IMG/VR virus record: IMGVR_UViG_3300028800_000002
Coordinates: 1 to 64,000 of that record
Strand: one strand, 5' to 3'
Length of the DNA stretch: 64,000 bases
Source of the DNA: a virus
How positions within the stretch are numbered: the stretch's first letter is position 1; each line of letters begins with the position of its first letter. The notes under the pieces are model-generated. The model made no database searches and was not told where the DNA came from. It was given only the letters and a program-made list of their open reading frames with translations. The position numbers and the translations under genes are program-made. Positions 18,563 through 26,691 of this stretch are shown in pieces.

Positions 18563-18964
18563 TTACCCTGCTAGGTTGATGGCGTTGTCGGTTGGCAATC
18601 CTTTGATGTATCGATACTTGAGTGGTTTGGATAGAGATCCCTCCGCGCCGAACCACTCGAGCTTTCCTTCTTGTACCAAATGAAAGAGCTCATCAATAAC
18701 GCGCTCCATCATCCATGTCCCTTCGTACTTGCAGACGTAACTAGTGATTGTAGTTTCAAGTCTCCACTTCTTGCGCTGTACAAACCTCAGTATTTTCTGC
18801 TGCACTTCATGCCAGCAGTCTACGCAGTCAGGGGCACACTTGTCCTTAGTGCCGGTACCCATCGTGTGCCCCTGACTGAAGTCGCACCACTTTTTACAGC
18901 GTAGGCATTTGAAGCGAGCCCTGACGGTCCTGTCTTCAATGTTGATGGGTTTCGATGCGGGCAT
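18563..18964 (-). CDS. Zinc-finger protein with possible winged-helix C-terminus
   Basis: CLRC...C...CAPDCVDC; LFHLVQEGKLEW. Confidence 0.55.
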   Translation of the reverse strand: MPASKPINIEDRTVRARFKCLRCKKWCDFSQGHTMGTGTKDKCAPDCVDCWHEVQQKILRFVQRKKWRLETTITSYVCKYEGTWMMERVIDELFHLVQEGKLEWFGAEGSLSKPLKYRYIKGLPTDNAINLAG

Positions 18965-19229
18965 GATTGGATCCCATCTGGTAGCAGATGAATGACCAAG
19001 TGGCGCACAATAGCAGTAAGGCTATCGACAATGCTTCCGTTCCCAACCAAGAGGGCTTGGATGGCGGAGGAATCAAGCTGCTACGATGTACCGGAGGGGT
19101 CAAGATAGCTTCCTTGCATTGGTGCGAGTTGGGCATTTTCCAACACCCGCAGCGTTCACAGAACGTCGTTGGCTTCATGCGTTGTGGCATAGGGTCTCCT
19201 ATAGCCCAGTGGGCAATGAGTGCAATCAC
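18936..19229 (-). CDS. Zinc-knuckle plus membrane-anchored small protein
   Basis: CERCG...HQC; hydrophobic C-terminal segment. Confidence 0.5.
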   Translation of the reverse strand: MIALIAHWAIGDPMPQRMKPTTFCERCGCWKMPNSHQCKEAILTPPVHRSSLIPPPSKPSWLGTEALSIALLLLCATWSFICYQMGSNHARIETHQH

Positions 19230-19804
19230 AGGGGCAATCCTAGTTTACGCTCGTTCAATTCGCGCCCGGCTAGCCACAGAAGGGCGTCCTGAGCGGCGAT
19301 GGCTACCGTGGTGTGGATTCCTTGCATGTCTGGGGCCCTGTCGTTGGCTAATTTTCCTAGCAGCTCTCGGATGTAACTCAATCGGAAGTTGCTCTCAGCC
19401 AAGTCCGATGCTTGAGATTGAACTAGATCAGCGATCTCTCCGGCCTTGGTTATTAGGGAATCCACTTTGGTCAACAACCGGTTATGTTGTGATCCAAAGG
19501 GCGCTGCGGGCGGTAGGGCACTGATGGCGGTAACGTCATCGCCAGCTGCCTCGATCAGCGTATCCTCATCGTCCGTGCCATCTGTGCTTTGAAATCTGAG
19601 GTGCCCATCTCCCTTGAACTGTCCGATGAAGTTGTCCTCTTGTCTCACGCAGTTGTAGATTAGCTGGTCATTTACGACTTTGTAGTTGAAGCAGCACCAG
19701 GTATCGCCGTGTCTTGAGATGTAGAATTTCCCTAGCAGTAACCTCACGCCCAAGGGCTCAGGAACTGGCAGGTTGACTTCAGTGATTTCTTGGGTTTGTG
19801 TCAT
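19226..19804 (-). CDS. Hypothetical protein
   Basis: GAGG RBS; 192 aa. Confidence 0.7.
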   Translation of the reverse strand: MTQTQEITEVNLPVPEPLGVRLLLGKFYISRHGDTWCCFNYKVVNDQLIYNCVRQEDNFIGQFKGDGHLRFQSTDGTDDEDTLIEAAGDDVTAISALPPAAPFGSQHNRLLTKVDSLITKAGEIADLVQSQASDLAESNFRLSYIRELLGKLANDRAPDMQGIHTTVAIAAQDALLWLAGRELNERKLGLPL

Positions 19805-19846
19805 GTAATTCCTCTTTTTCTAGGATTGGTGTATGATTTGTCCTCT

Positions 19847-20110
19847 ATGGAAAACCCCGCCGAATTCATGCGTGATGAACTACAGAAGCTCAGCGCCGCT
19901 GGAGCTCTGGGTAACTTCTGGGAAGGCGCCAAGCATGAACTCGGTCCTGCACTAGGTGCTGTGGGCGGGGCTGGCGTCGCCAAGATGGTTGGAGTTGATC
20001 CATTGGCAGGAGCTGCCGCCGGCTACGGCTTGGGAGCCACCGGCGACATCGTCAAAGCCATCAAAGAGAAGCGACTAGCGGCGCAGGCAGCGCGTGCCCC
20101 TCGAGTCTAA
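19847..20110 (+). CDS. Small Gly/Ala-rich protein
   Basis: ATG 19847 after TATGAT; FMRDELQKLS followed by glycine-zipper-like GAAAGYGLG. Confidence 0.65.
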   Translation: MENPAEFMRDELQKLSAAGALGNFWEGAKHELGPALGAVGGAGVAKMVGVDPLAGAAAGYGLGATGDIVKAIKEKRLAAQAARAPRV

Positions 20111-20754
20111 GCGGCGCGAATTCCCGAAGGTTTCCTGGTAACCCCAGAGAATTCAGTGACGTCCCCAGAGCGATAAGGAAGCTTGTACTCTTTCACTAGA
20201 GCCAGGAATAGCTTACGCGCTTCAGGGCAGATGAAGGCTGGACTCATGCAGAGGCCAATCCCAGTGCAGCCTTTCAGCAGTGTTCGCAGCGAGAAGCGCT
20301 TTGGATCTCTGAACAATCCTCGTGTTCTTTTCCAGTCAGTCTTATCGTTCCAATAGAGTCCACCGCTGCAGGCTCCAAGGGTCGAATCCTCACTGGGTCT
20401 AACCCAAATGTACTCTCCTTCGGTGCGCCATGTCACATAAGATACCCAGGAACCACAATGCAGTTCCCCGATGGTTTGCTCCCTAATGTCGGAGTGATAG
20501 TCGATGTTGATGAGTCGCCTTGCCTCTGACCTGTTTACGTTCCAGAGCAGTTGTTGGTGATTCATCACGGCGGTGACAGGTACCGACTCTGGGCGCTCTT
20601 CAAGTAATCTTCCCACTTCGAAGAGCATGCGCAGTGGATCAAGATCCACCCAGTAGTCGATATTTACGGACAGGTAATGTGGCTTATCTGTGAGCAGCAA
20701 GGTTACCTCCCTTTTGTACTTTTCATTGATTGTAGCTTCACGCATTCTTGGCAC
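20107..20754 (-). CDS. UPF0489-like / arginase-deacetylase-fold protein (tentative)
   Basis: NHQQLL...LINIDYHSD...LHCGSWV carries the DxHxD metal motif. Confidence 0.5.
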   Translation of the reverse strand: MPRMREATINEKYKREVTLLLTDKPHYLSVNIDYWVDLDPLRMLFEVGRLLEERPESVPVTAVMNHQQLLWNVNRSEARRLINIDYHSDIREQTIGELHCGSWVSYVTWRTEGEYIWVRPSEDSTLGACSGGLYWNDKTDWKRTRGLFRDPKRFSLRTLLKGCTGIGLCMSPAFICPEARKLFLALVKEYKLPYRSGDVTEFSGVTRKPSGIRAA

Positions 20755-20978
20755 ATGGGGAAGTTGTCTTCAGAGGACGTGGGCCGTTCGTGGATCTTCA
20801 CGTTCTCGCAGCATTGCGTGTCTGCTACGCGACCTTCCCTAATTTCGAGTACTAGGTGCCACTGGTCATCAGTGCACTTCAAGTACCGACTGCCCTTCCA
20901 ACCTTCAACGAATTTACCGTCAAAGGGGAGTGGCATTTGCTTCATTCGTGGCGTTGGTGTTCTACTTGGCTGTGTCAT
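20703..20978 (-). CDS. Hypothetical protein
   Basis: GATAAT-N6-ATG at 20978; CC and CxxC motifs. Confidence 0.55.
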   Translation of the reverse strand: MTQPSRTPTPRMKQMPLPFDGKFVEGWKGSRYLKCTDDQWHLVLEIREGRVADTQCCENVKIHERPTSSEDNFPMCQECVKLQSMKSTKGR

Positions 20979-20985
20979 GTACTTA

Positions 20986-21222
20986 TTATCTCCGGCTAGG
21001 GGAGAAACCAACTCTTCTGCAGATGCTTTCTTCTTCGGTGCATTGGCTGTTGCATTGCAGGTGCTTGGCGGAACCTACTTCATGGTGAGAGCTGCAATAA
21101 CTCTCGCAGCGGAATCGCGCGGCGCGGCAAGTGTTATCGTTCTCCCCCGCGCTAGCCAACGCGGCCGCTAGGGTTGCAAACAGCAGAACGAGAAGAAGGC
21201 GGTACGGGCGTTTTGTTGACAT
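20986..21222 (-). CDS. Small secreted Cys-rich protein
   Basis: AAGGAG RBS; signal peptide ending ALA-SA; six Cys in a CX6CX3C...CX3CX6C pattern. Confidence 0.65.
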   Translation of the reverse strand: MSTKRPYRLLLVLLFATLAAALASAGENDNTCRAARFRCESYCSSHHEVGSAKHLQCNSQCTEEESICRRVGFSPSRR

Positions 21223-21610
21223 TGTGTCGCTCCTTGTCTTGTAGGTGTTTTGGCTTTGGAACATTCAAGTGGTCACCGATCAGTAGCAGCACCTCCATAG
21301 GAATTGGCAGTTGGCTCCCATTGTTGCTGCTGTAATGCGCGATGACCTTGCTCAATCCTCTGATGGTTCTCTCTATGTAGATGACCTCGTCAGACTGCTC
21401 AGGCGTGTACATGTAGTACGGTGTGCCTGTGCTTTGAGCACGATAAACGGGTGGATCGAATGTGGCGTCAAATTGAAGGTTGTCGCTGTACTCAGCCAGC
21501 TTCGCGGTCACTAGTTTCCTTCCGACAGCCTTTATCGCTGTAGTCGTGTGTTTTCCTTCAGGGCAATGAATCACTATCACTTGCCCTACACACCAGTTTT
21601 TGATACTCAT
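21152..21610 (-). CDS. Hypothetical protein
   Basis: AAGGAG RBS. Confidence 0.7.
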   Translation of the reverse strand: MSIKNWCVGQVIVIHCPEGKHTTTAIKAVGRKLVTAKLAEYSDNLQFDATFDPPVYRAQSTGTPYYMYTPEQSDEVIYIERTIRGLSKVIAHYSSNNGSQLPIPMEVLLLIGDHLNVPKPKHLQDKERHNVNKTPVPPSSRSAVCNPSGRVG

Positions 21611-22163
21611 GATTTGACTCCTTTGATTTGCTTGACGAAATTTTCGACGTCGTAATACATCGCGGGACCATAATCCCAGGCGTCTACACCAACATCGATT
21701 TGATTGTCGTGAACCGGGGTTTTTCTGTGGCTATGCCCATGAATGAGAATCTCTCCTGGTTGCTGCCGAGGGCGCAGGTGGCGAACTTGTCGGGTTTCTC
21801 AAAGGTGGGCTCAGGCTTGTATGGGTAATGATTCACTCGGCAGGTAACCCCGCCAATGTCGATGACGGCTTCCTGAAGAACCAGGGCAAACCCGAGTTTG
21901 GCCATGGCCGCCATGGATCGGTCGTGATTGCCAATGATCAGGATTTTTGTCCCGTTCAGTTCTTCAAGGATCCCGTCATAGGTCCCATGGAAGAAGCAAT
22001 CTCCTAGCCATAGAACCGTGTCATCGTCTTCGATGACGTTGTTGTACCTGTCGATCAGCTCTCCATTCATCTCATCCACAGTGCCGAACGGCCTGACACA
22101 GTACTTGAGGATGTTGGAATGCCCGAAGTGCGGATCTGCGTAGAACGCTGCAATTTGTCTCAT
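21607..22163 (-). pseudogene. Calcineurin-like metallophosphoesterase split by a single-base frameshift
   Basis: Frame 0 has DPHFGH, LGD, GNHD and NHYPY; the conserved LIHGHSH...IDVGVDAWDY end is in the -1 frame and stops in an ATGA overlap with the next gene. Confidence 0.85.
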
Positions 22164-22182
22164 TGTGGCTCCTTCTATTGTT

Positions 22183-22211
22183 CTTATCCCCGAAACGTGC
22201 GGCGAGTTGCG
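22183..22211 (-). promoter_or_regulatory. Repeat promoter copy
   Basis: CGCAAC-N17(ends TTCGGG)-GATAAG-AACAATAGAAGGAG. Confidence 0.75.
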
Positions 22212-22244
22212 GCCATGCACCAGCATTGGGGGTATAATTTAGAT

Positions 22245-22326
22245 CGACGGAGGAGAGCACTCCAAAGGATGCCTCCTCCGATCAGTTACGGGGAGCTACG
22301 AAAAGCTGGGTTGTACCAGCCTTTCA
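22245..22326 (+). ncRNA. Candidate small RNA (about 80 nt)
   Basis: GGGGTATAAT at 22229-22238; CGGAGGAG/CTCCTCCG hairpin; terminator hairpin. Confidence 0.3.
22294..22324. terminator. Intrinsic terminator
   Basis: GCTGG/CCAGC stem; minus tail TTTTCGTAGCT; plus tail CTTTC. Confidence 0.65.
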
Positions 22327-22332
22327 TTCTGA

Positions 22333-23085
22333 CTACGCGTCAGCCACTGCGGTCATGATGACTTTTGGAGCCCATTCGAATATCTTCCCCAGAGCATTAT
22401 TGCCCATGGCCGATATCTCGTCGGCGTTCGCCAACTGCTCGTTCAGTAAGTAAGTCTTTCCAGCCCAGTGGGCATAGTGTAGGTTTCCCTGAGCCGCTAC
22501 ATACTCTTCGACCAGAGCTACAACTTCTTGGTCCAGCTCATAGTCAGAGGCTTCAGAGTCCAAGTTTATGATAGTGAGCCACTCCTCAATTGCCATCGTT
22601 AGCATTTCCATTGGGTGATCGAGGGCCTCGTTGATCCTCGAGCCCTTCATGTCGTACTTGAGGCAGTTCGAGTAATGCTTCAGTTCCAATGGGATCCAAT
22701 TCAATATCTGCGCACCCAGGTCGAATACGCTGTCTGGCCTCGTTAGCCTCTCTCGTATGTAGTTCGCAGCCGTAAGCATGATGAGCTTCGCTAGTAAGGG
22801 CCCGTGCATGGCCAACAGCCCTGAGGTACGTAGGATGTTCATCGCATCCTGGAAGTCCAACGCATTATGCTCGTTTTCCCCAAAGTCCCCATCGTTGGCG
22901 TCGACCGAGGGGACTTCATCAATAACGTCAGAGTCCGCGCCACTCAACTGCACTTCGCGGCTAAGGTTGGACACGCCTTGGATGATTTCATTCAGACGAA
23001 GTATCGTCGATCCGCTGATGATGGCCGCCGCAGGAACTTCAATCTCTTCGTCAGAAACGTCTGTGATGCTTTTGGTATGTGACAT
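22333..23085 (-). CDS. Acidic hypothetical protein
   Basis: AAGGAG RBS before ATG 23085; repeat promoter upstream, terminator downstream. Confidence 0.75.
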   Translation of the reverse strand: MSHTKSITDVSDEEIEVPAAAIISGSTILRLNEIIQGVSNLSREVQLSGADSDVIDEVPSVDANDGDFGENEHNALDFQDAMNILRTSGLLAMHGPLLAKLIMLTAANYIRERLTRPDSVFDLGAQILNWIPLELKHYSNCLKYDMKGSRINEALDHPMEMLTMAIEEWLTIINLDSEASDYELDQEVVALVEEYVAAQGNLHYAHWAGKTYLLNEQLANADEISAMGNNALGKIFEWAPKVIMTAVADA

Positions 23086-23104
23086 TGTGAACTCCTTCAT
23101 GGTT

Positions 23105-23132
23105 CTTATCCCCGAAGGCCTGCAGTTTTGAG
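23105..23132 (-). promoter_or_regulatory. Repeat promoter copy
   Basis: CTCAAA-N16(ends TTCGGG)-GATAAG. Confidence 0.75.
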
Positions 23133-23133
23133 T

Positions 23134-23168
23134 AGCTAACGAAAGGGCAGGCCTAGGCCAACCCAATC
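23134..23168 (-). terminator. Imperfect terminator
   Basis: GGG..GGCC-TA-GGCC..CCC; tail TTTCGTTAGCT. Confidence 0.45.
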
Positions 23169-23177
23169 GTTCTCATG

Positions 23178-23738
23178 TCAGCCCTGGGCTGCTTGAGGAA
23201 TCTGGGGATTGCAGTAGCTCCAGAGTGCCGCTGCTTTCTCCATCTCGGTGAGCTCTTCATCCCAAATCATTAGCGTTAGTCGTGTTGCTGCTGGATCCGT
23301 GTTGAGTTCCGTAAGCACGCATGTGTACAGCGCGCGCATTCTCGTTGCGCCAAGCTCAAGTATTTCGGGGATATTCATAGATCGTACAAGGTCTATGCGA
23401 GGAGTTTCTAGGCTTTCGTCTTTACGGTCAGGTGCACCCGACGGCATTGTTATCGAGCATTGCCTAGATCCCGGAGGAGGCTCTTGACTAGCTGGAAGCT
23501 CTGGTCGCATATGAGCCAACGCCGATTGATCTACCGCGTCTTGAATCATCTGAGCGACGTTCAATAGCTCTACGGTTGCCGCTTGAAATTCGGAAAGCTC
23601 CCTCGTGGTAGTTATGGCCGAAGCGCCGTTGAGCGATGCGTACAATGACGCAATAGTGAGCCTGATATTGCTACGGATGTTAGCGACTGAGGGTTCTGAG
23701 GTTTCAAAAGTTTCTGAGGTCTCTGTGGTATTTGGCAT
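23178..23738 (-). CDS. Hypothetical protein
   Basis: AGGAGG RBS; repeat promoter. Confidence 0.75.
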   Translation of the reverse strand: MPNTTETSETFETSEPSVANIRSNIRLTIASLYASLNGASAITTTRELSEFQAATVELLNVAQMIQDAVDQSALAHMRPELPASQEPPPGSRQCSITMPSGAPDRKDESLETPRIDLVRSMNIPEILELGATRMRALYTCVLTELNTDPAATRLTLMIWDEELTEMEKAAALWSYCNPQIPQAAQG

Positions 23739-23745
23739 GGCTGCC

Positions 23746-23770
23746 TCCTTCTAACCTTCTTATCCCCGAA
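23746..23770. repeat. 25-bp exact direct repeat, copy 1
   Basis: tccttctaaccttcttatccccgaa, identical to 28668-28692. Confidence 0.9.
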
Positions 23771-23787
23771 TTCTTCGAACTATTTCC
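23759..23787 (-). promoter_or_regulatory. Repeat promoter copy
   Basis: GGAAAT-N17(ends TTCGGG)-GATAAG-AAGGTTAGAAGGAGG. Confidence 0.75.
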
Positions 23788-24064
23788 TTCGTAGCGTGAA
23801 GATGTACTCCCCCACTGGTGTATTCTCGGGAACGTAGCTCCACCTCCTTGGGCTGCGCCTACTCTGCCTGACCTTTGTGGTGTACTGATAGTCGTAGTCC
23901 AGACTGTCGGGCTCAACTATCTTGATATCAACTTTCACTAGACTTCCGTCTAAAAGGGAAACGGCAAGTAGACGGATCTTGATGGACCGCATGTACAGGT
24001 TTGGGAAGTTCTTGCGTAGACTTTCCTTGAAGGGATTCAGCAGATTTAGACGTGCGCGTCTCAT
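23780..24064 (-). CDS. Basic hypothetical protein
   Basis: GGAGG RBS; ATGA overlap with the upstream gene. Confidence 0.65.
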   Translation of the reverse strand: MRRARLNLLNPFKESLRKNFPNLYMRSIKIRLLAVSLLDGSLVKVDIKIVEPDSLDYDYQYTTKVRQSRRSPRRWSYVPENTPVGEYIFTLRRK

Positions 24065-24984
24065 AACACCTCCAACACGTAGTGCTGCGCAAACACGGCG
24101 CGTACTACAGACGCCGGGTAATACCCCACGTTGCCCCAACGGATGTCTCTGACCTTTTTGATAGCGTGGTGTTGGATCCTGCACAAAGCAGAAGCCCTTC
24201 GTCCTAAACTTTGTGCTTGCTTGTCACTCAAATCCTTCTTGTGCACGTTTGCCCACCCGCGGATAGTGTACCGTGCAGCGGACTTAGGATTACTTGTATT
24301 CTTAGGAATTGGTGTGTAGGGTGCGGGAGCCTGCCTTGGCGGTGTAGGGATAGGCGCAGGCGCAGGCGGGGCAGGGGGTGATGGCTCAATAACCTCAACT
24401 TCTTTTGTTGTTGTTGGTTTATGTATCTGCCGCAACTCTAAGGCCAATACGCGGCTGTCTAGTACGTCGATGGCCTCCTCGTAGTCAGCTATCTTCAGCG
24501 CTTGATCATGCAGTAACTTTGAAGCTTGTACTAGGAGCGAGGCAGGGTTGACGACATCCAATGCTGGAAGCGCCCTGTGCTTTGGTATGGCAATAGGTTG
24601 CTTGCCCGCCGCCGTGTGCTCGGCATAAAGACTCAGCATTGCAGTGAAGGCTTTTACGAGAACTACGCACAGGCGCTTTCCCTCTGTTGTCGCTGTTCGA
24701 GACATCAGGTAGATCGCCTGTGGAGCATTCAGCAGTACATCTCCTGTCTGTGAAATGCTTGAATTCTCGGTGGCCACGGTGGCCGGTGTGATAATGTCCC
24801 CGAATTCAGCCAGTTCTGATAAATTGCGATCTACCAGTCTTCTCAATACCCTCAAATCCTGCTGACTTATCAATCGGGATATCTCCCGCAGCGATATTCG
24901 TGCCTGTCCAGCACCTATGAGTGAGTTTATTGCTAAAAGAAAGGGTATTCCTTCTACTGTTTTGGTGATGTTGTACATGGTCAA
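24061..24984 (-). CDS. Antirepressor-like DNA-binding protein
   Basis: N-terminal LLNAPQAIYLMSRT...LVKAF, then a coiled coil, a Pro-rich linker and C-terminal LGRRASALC...VRDIRWGNVGYYP, as in phage antirepressor-like proteins. Confidence 0.55.
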   Translation of the reverse strand: MTMYNITKTVEGIPFLLAINSLIGAGQARISLREISRLISQQDLRVLRRLVDRNLSELAEFGDIITPATVATENSSISQTGDVLLNAPQAIYLMSRTATTEGKRLCVVLVKAFTAMLSLYAEHTAAGKQPIAIPKHRALPALDVVNPASLLVQASKLLHDQALKIADYEEAIDVLDSRVLALELRQIHKPTTTKEVEVIEPSPPAPPAPAPIPTPPRQAPAPYTPIPKNTSNPKSAARYTIRGWANVHKKDLSDKQAQSLGRRASALCRIQHHAIKKVRDIRWGNVGYYPASVVRAVFAQHYVLEVL

Positions 24985-25211
24985 GACCAGCCCTTCCCGT
25001 CTGTAAGTCCCTGCAGCATTTTGACGCTCGTTGGGACTGGCCCCGACACAGCCCCATTACCGGCGTTGATTTGCTCGCGCAGTTCTTCGGTCTCTCTGCG
25101 CAAATGAAACTCGTATCGACGCACCCATGGCGACTTCTCTGGTTGCCATAGGAGATCACGTAGGGCAGAGATATTGAATGCCCAGCGTGCTTGGTTTGTA
25201 ACAGCATGCAT
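24981..25211 (-). CDS. Hypothetical protein
   Basis: GGAGG RBS; TTGA overlap with the next gene. Confidence 0.65.
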   Translation of the reverse strand: MHAVTNQARWAFNISALRDLLWQPEKSPWVRRYEFHLRRETEELREQINAGNGAVSGPVPTSVKMLQGLTDGKGWS

Positions 25212-25264
25212 GTGAAACTTCCTCCAGAGTTATTATCCCTGGAGGAAGCATAGGTTTTCTACAG

Positions 25265-25861
25265 TTACAGCTCTTCCACGCGGCCTAGTGCGGCAATAGC
25301 TGTTGCCAGTGCGGCAACAATCTTGCTGTCGTCCTTGGTGGCTATGAGGGCTTGTTCCCGATTTCCCGTATACGGGTCGTTGGGGGCTCCCGCTGGTGCG
25401 ATCTGGGATTCAGTCAAATGCTGGTGTCGTCTTTCAATGTGCCAGGTCAAACGCTCTGTCAGAATGTGGATGACATGTTGAATTGGAGGATCGCCCTCTT
25501 CGGCAGGCAAGTGCGGATTGAATGCCCCGTCGCGCGACAAACAGGCATAGGAGAACAACAAAGAGCCGATAGCTTCTTCGACGGTTTTGCCCGTGTGCTC
25601 AATGGCTCTGTATGGAGTACTTGCCGAGTAAAAGTCTTCTACTTTCCCAGAGACATCGTCCTCGCTGTGGTACTTGAGAACTTGGAATTCTATGACGCGC
25701 TCATGACTGGCTTCCACGTGGGTGAGTTGCATCACAAACTCACTATGGCTGCGTGCCGTGTTTGCTAGCACCTTAGGTGGCTCGTAGCTGGGTTGTGTCC
25801 CATGGGTGAGGATGGGGCTGTCTGTGTAGTTCTCAACTACTTTGTTCTTCGATGATTCCAT
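25265..25861 (-). CDS. Hypothetical protein
   Basis: AAGGA RBS before ATG 25861. Confidence 0.65.
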   Translation of the reverse strand: MESSKNKVVENYTDSPILTHGTQPSYEPPKVLANTARSHSEFVMQLTHVEASHERVIEFQVLKYHSEDDVSGKVEDFYSASTPYRAIEHTGKTVEEAIGSLLFSYACLSRDGAFNPHLPAEEGDPPIQHVIHILTERLTWHIERRHQHLTESQIAPAGAPNDPYTGNREQALIATKDDSKIVAALATAIAALGRVEEL

Positions 25862-26025
25862 ACTGTCCTTTCGCCTCCGATGACTGGTTGAGGAGCTCGG
25901 GGGCAAGATGCAGCATGCCTTTCTTAGATTGAGTTGTCCACTTTGCAGTTTGCGAAAAACCCAATGTCCTTTACTTGCAAGTACTTGGATCCACGTGTGG
26001 CCTACGCATTGCACTCATGCGGCGC

Positions 26026-26238
26026 ATGAGCCTTGTATCACTCATCATCGTTCTGGTTGTAGTTGGTGTATTGCTTTGGCTGGTCAACTCGTTCATACCG
26101 ATGGATTCCAAGATCAAGCAGATCTTGAATGTAGTGGTCATCATCGTAGTAGTGCTTTGGTTATTGAACGTGTTCTTGGGAGGATTCGGTAGCCTCTCCA
26201 CGGTGCACGTAGGGCCAACCATTGGTAGAGTGCGGTAA
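26026..26238 (+). CDS. Thivi_2564-like two-helix membrane protein
   Basis: MSLVSLIIVLVVVGVLLWLVNSFIPMDSKIKQILNVVVIIVVVLWLL matches the family pattern as recalled. Confidence 0.75.
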   Translation: MSLVSLIIVLVVVGVLLWLVNSFIPMDSKIKQILNVVVIIVVVLWLLNVFLGGFGSLSTVHVGPTIGRVR

Positions 26239-26253
26239 GCATTCACTGGAAAG

Positions 26254-26288
26254 CGAAAGGCCCCGGTTGTTTCCAACCGAGGCCCTTC
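26254..26288. terminator. Hairpin/terminator
   Basis: AAGGCC-cc-GGTTG-tttc-CAACC-ga-GGCC-CTT. Confidence 0.55.
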
Positions 26289-26402
26289 TACCCAGCAAGG
26301 GAGGGACTACATGGCACTCAGACCCTTCTATGGTACGCCAGTGCTCTTGAGCGAGTCCTCACGTCATTGTCAAGTTTTTGGGCGGCGGGTCGGTAGTGGA
26401 TG

Positions 26403-26417
26403 TGTTACCTTGGGCCC
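26403..26417 (+). promoter_or_regulatory. Extended -10 promoter, leaderless start
   Basis: TG-T-TACCTT-N6-ATG. Confidence 0.5.
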
Positions 26418-26627
26418 ATGGCGAATTCTACTAACGATAGTCTGCAGGTGGGCGCTGTTGTAATTTTGAACTCGGATACGCGGACAAAACCGCAGTTGAT
26501 GTCGTTGGAGGTGGTGGATGAAGTGGCCAAGACCGGAACTGCCACTTGGTTCGACTACAACAATGGGCTGCGTCGAGAGGCTTTTCCACTCGCTATTCTG
26601 AAAGCCGCACCAGTAGTTGCCGACTAA
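26418..26627 (+). CDS. DUF2158/YodC-like small beta protein
   Basis: VGAVVILNS...LMSL...TWFD...RREAFPLAIL. Confidence 0.6.
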   Translation: MANSTNDSLQVGAVVILNSDTRTKPQLMSLEVVDEVAKTGTATWFDYNNGLRREAFPLAILKAAPVVAD

Positions 26628-26629
26628 AA

Positions 26630-26672
26630 CGAAAGGCCCCAGGACACCATGTCCCGAGGCCCATCGTTAGCT
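26630..26672. terminator. Hairpin/terminator between convergent genes
   Basis: GGCC-cca-GGAC-accat-GTCC-cga-GGCC; plus tail CGTTAGCT. Confidence 0.55.
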
Positions 26673-26691
26673 TGGTCGGCTGAGATTTAGT

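Noticed and set aside
21780-21800. Programmed frameshift in the phosphoesterase
   Set aside because: No phased X XXY YYZ heptamer in the window where the shift must occur.
26311-26463. RBS-led 50-codon ORF overlapping the DUF2158-like start
   Set aside because: No recognisable features and it conflicts with a better-supported gene.
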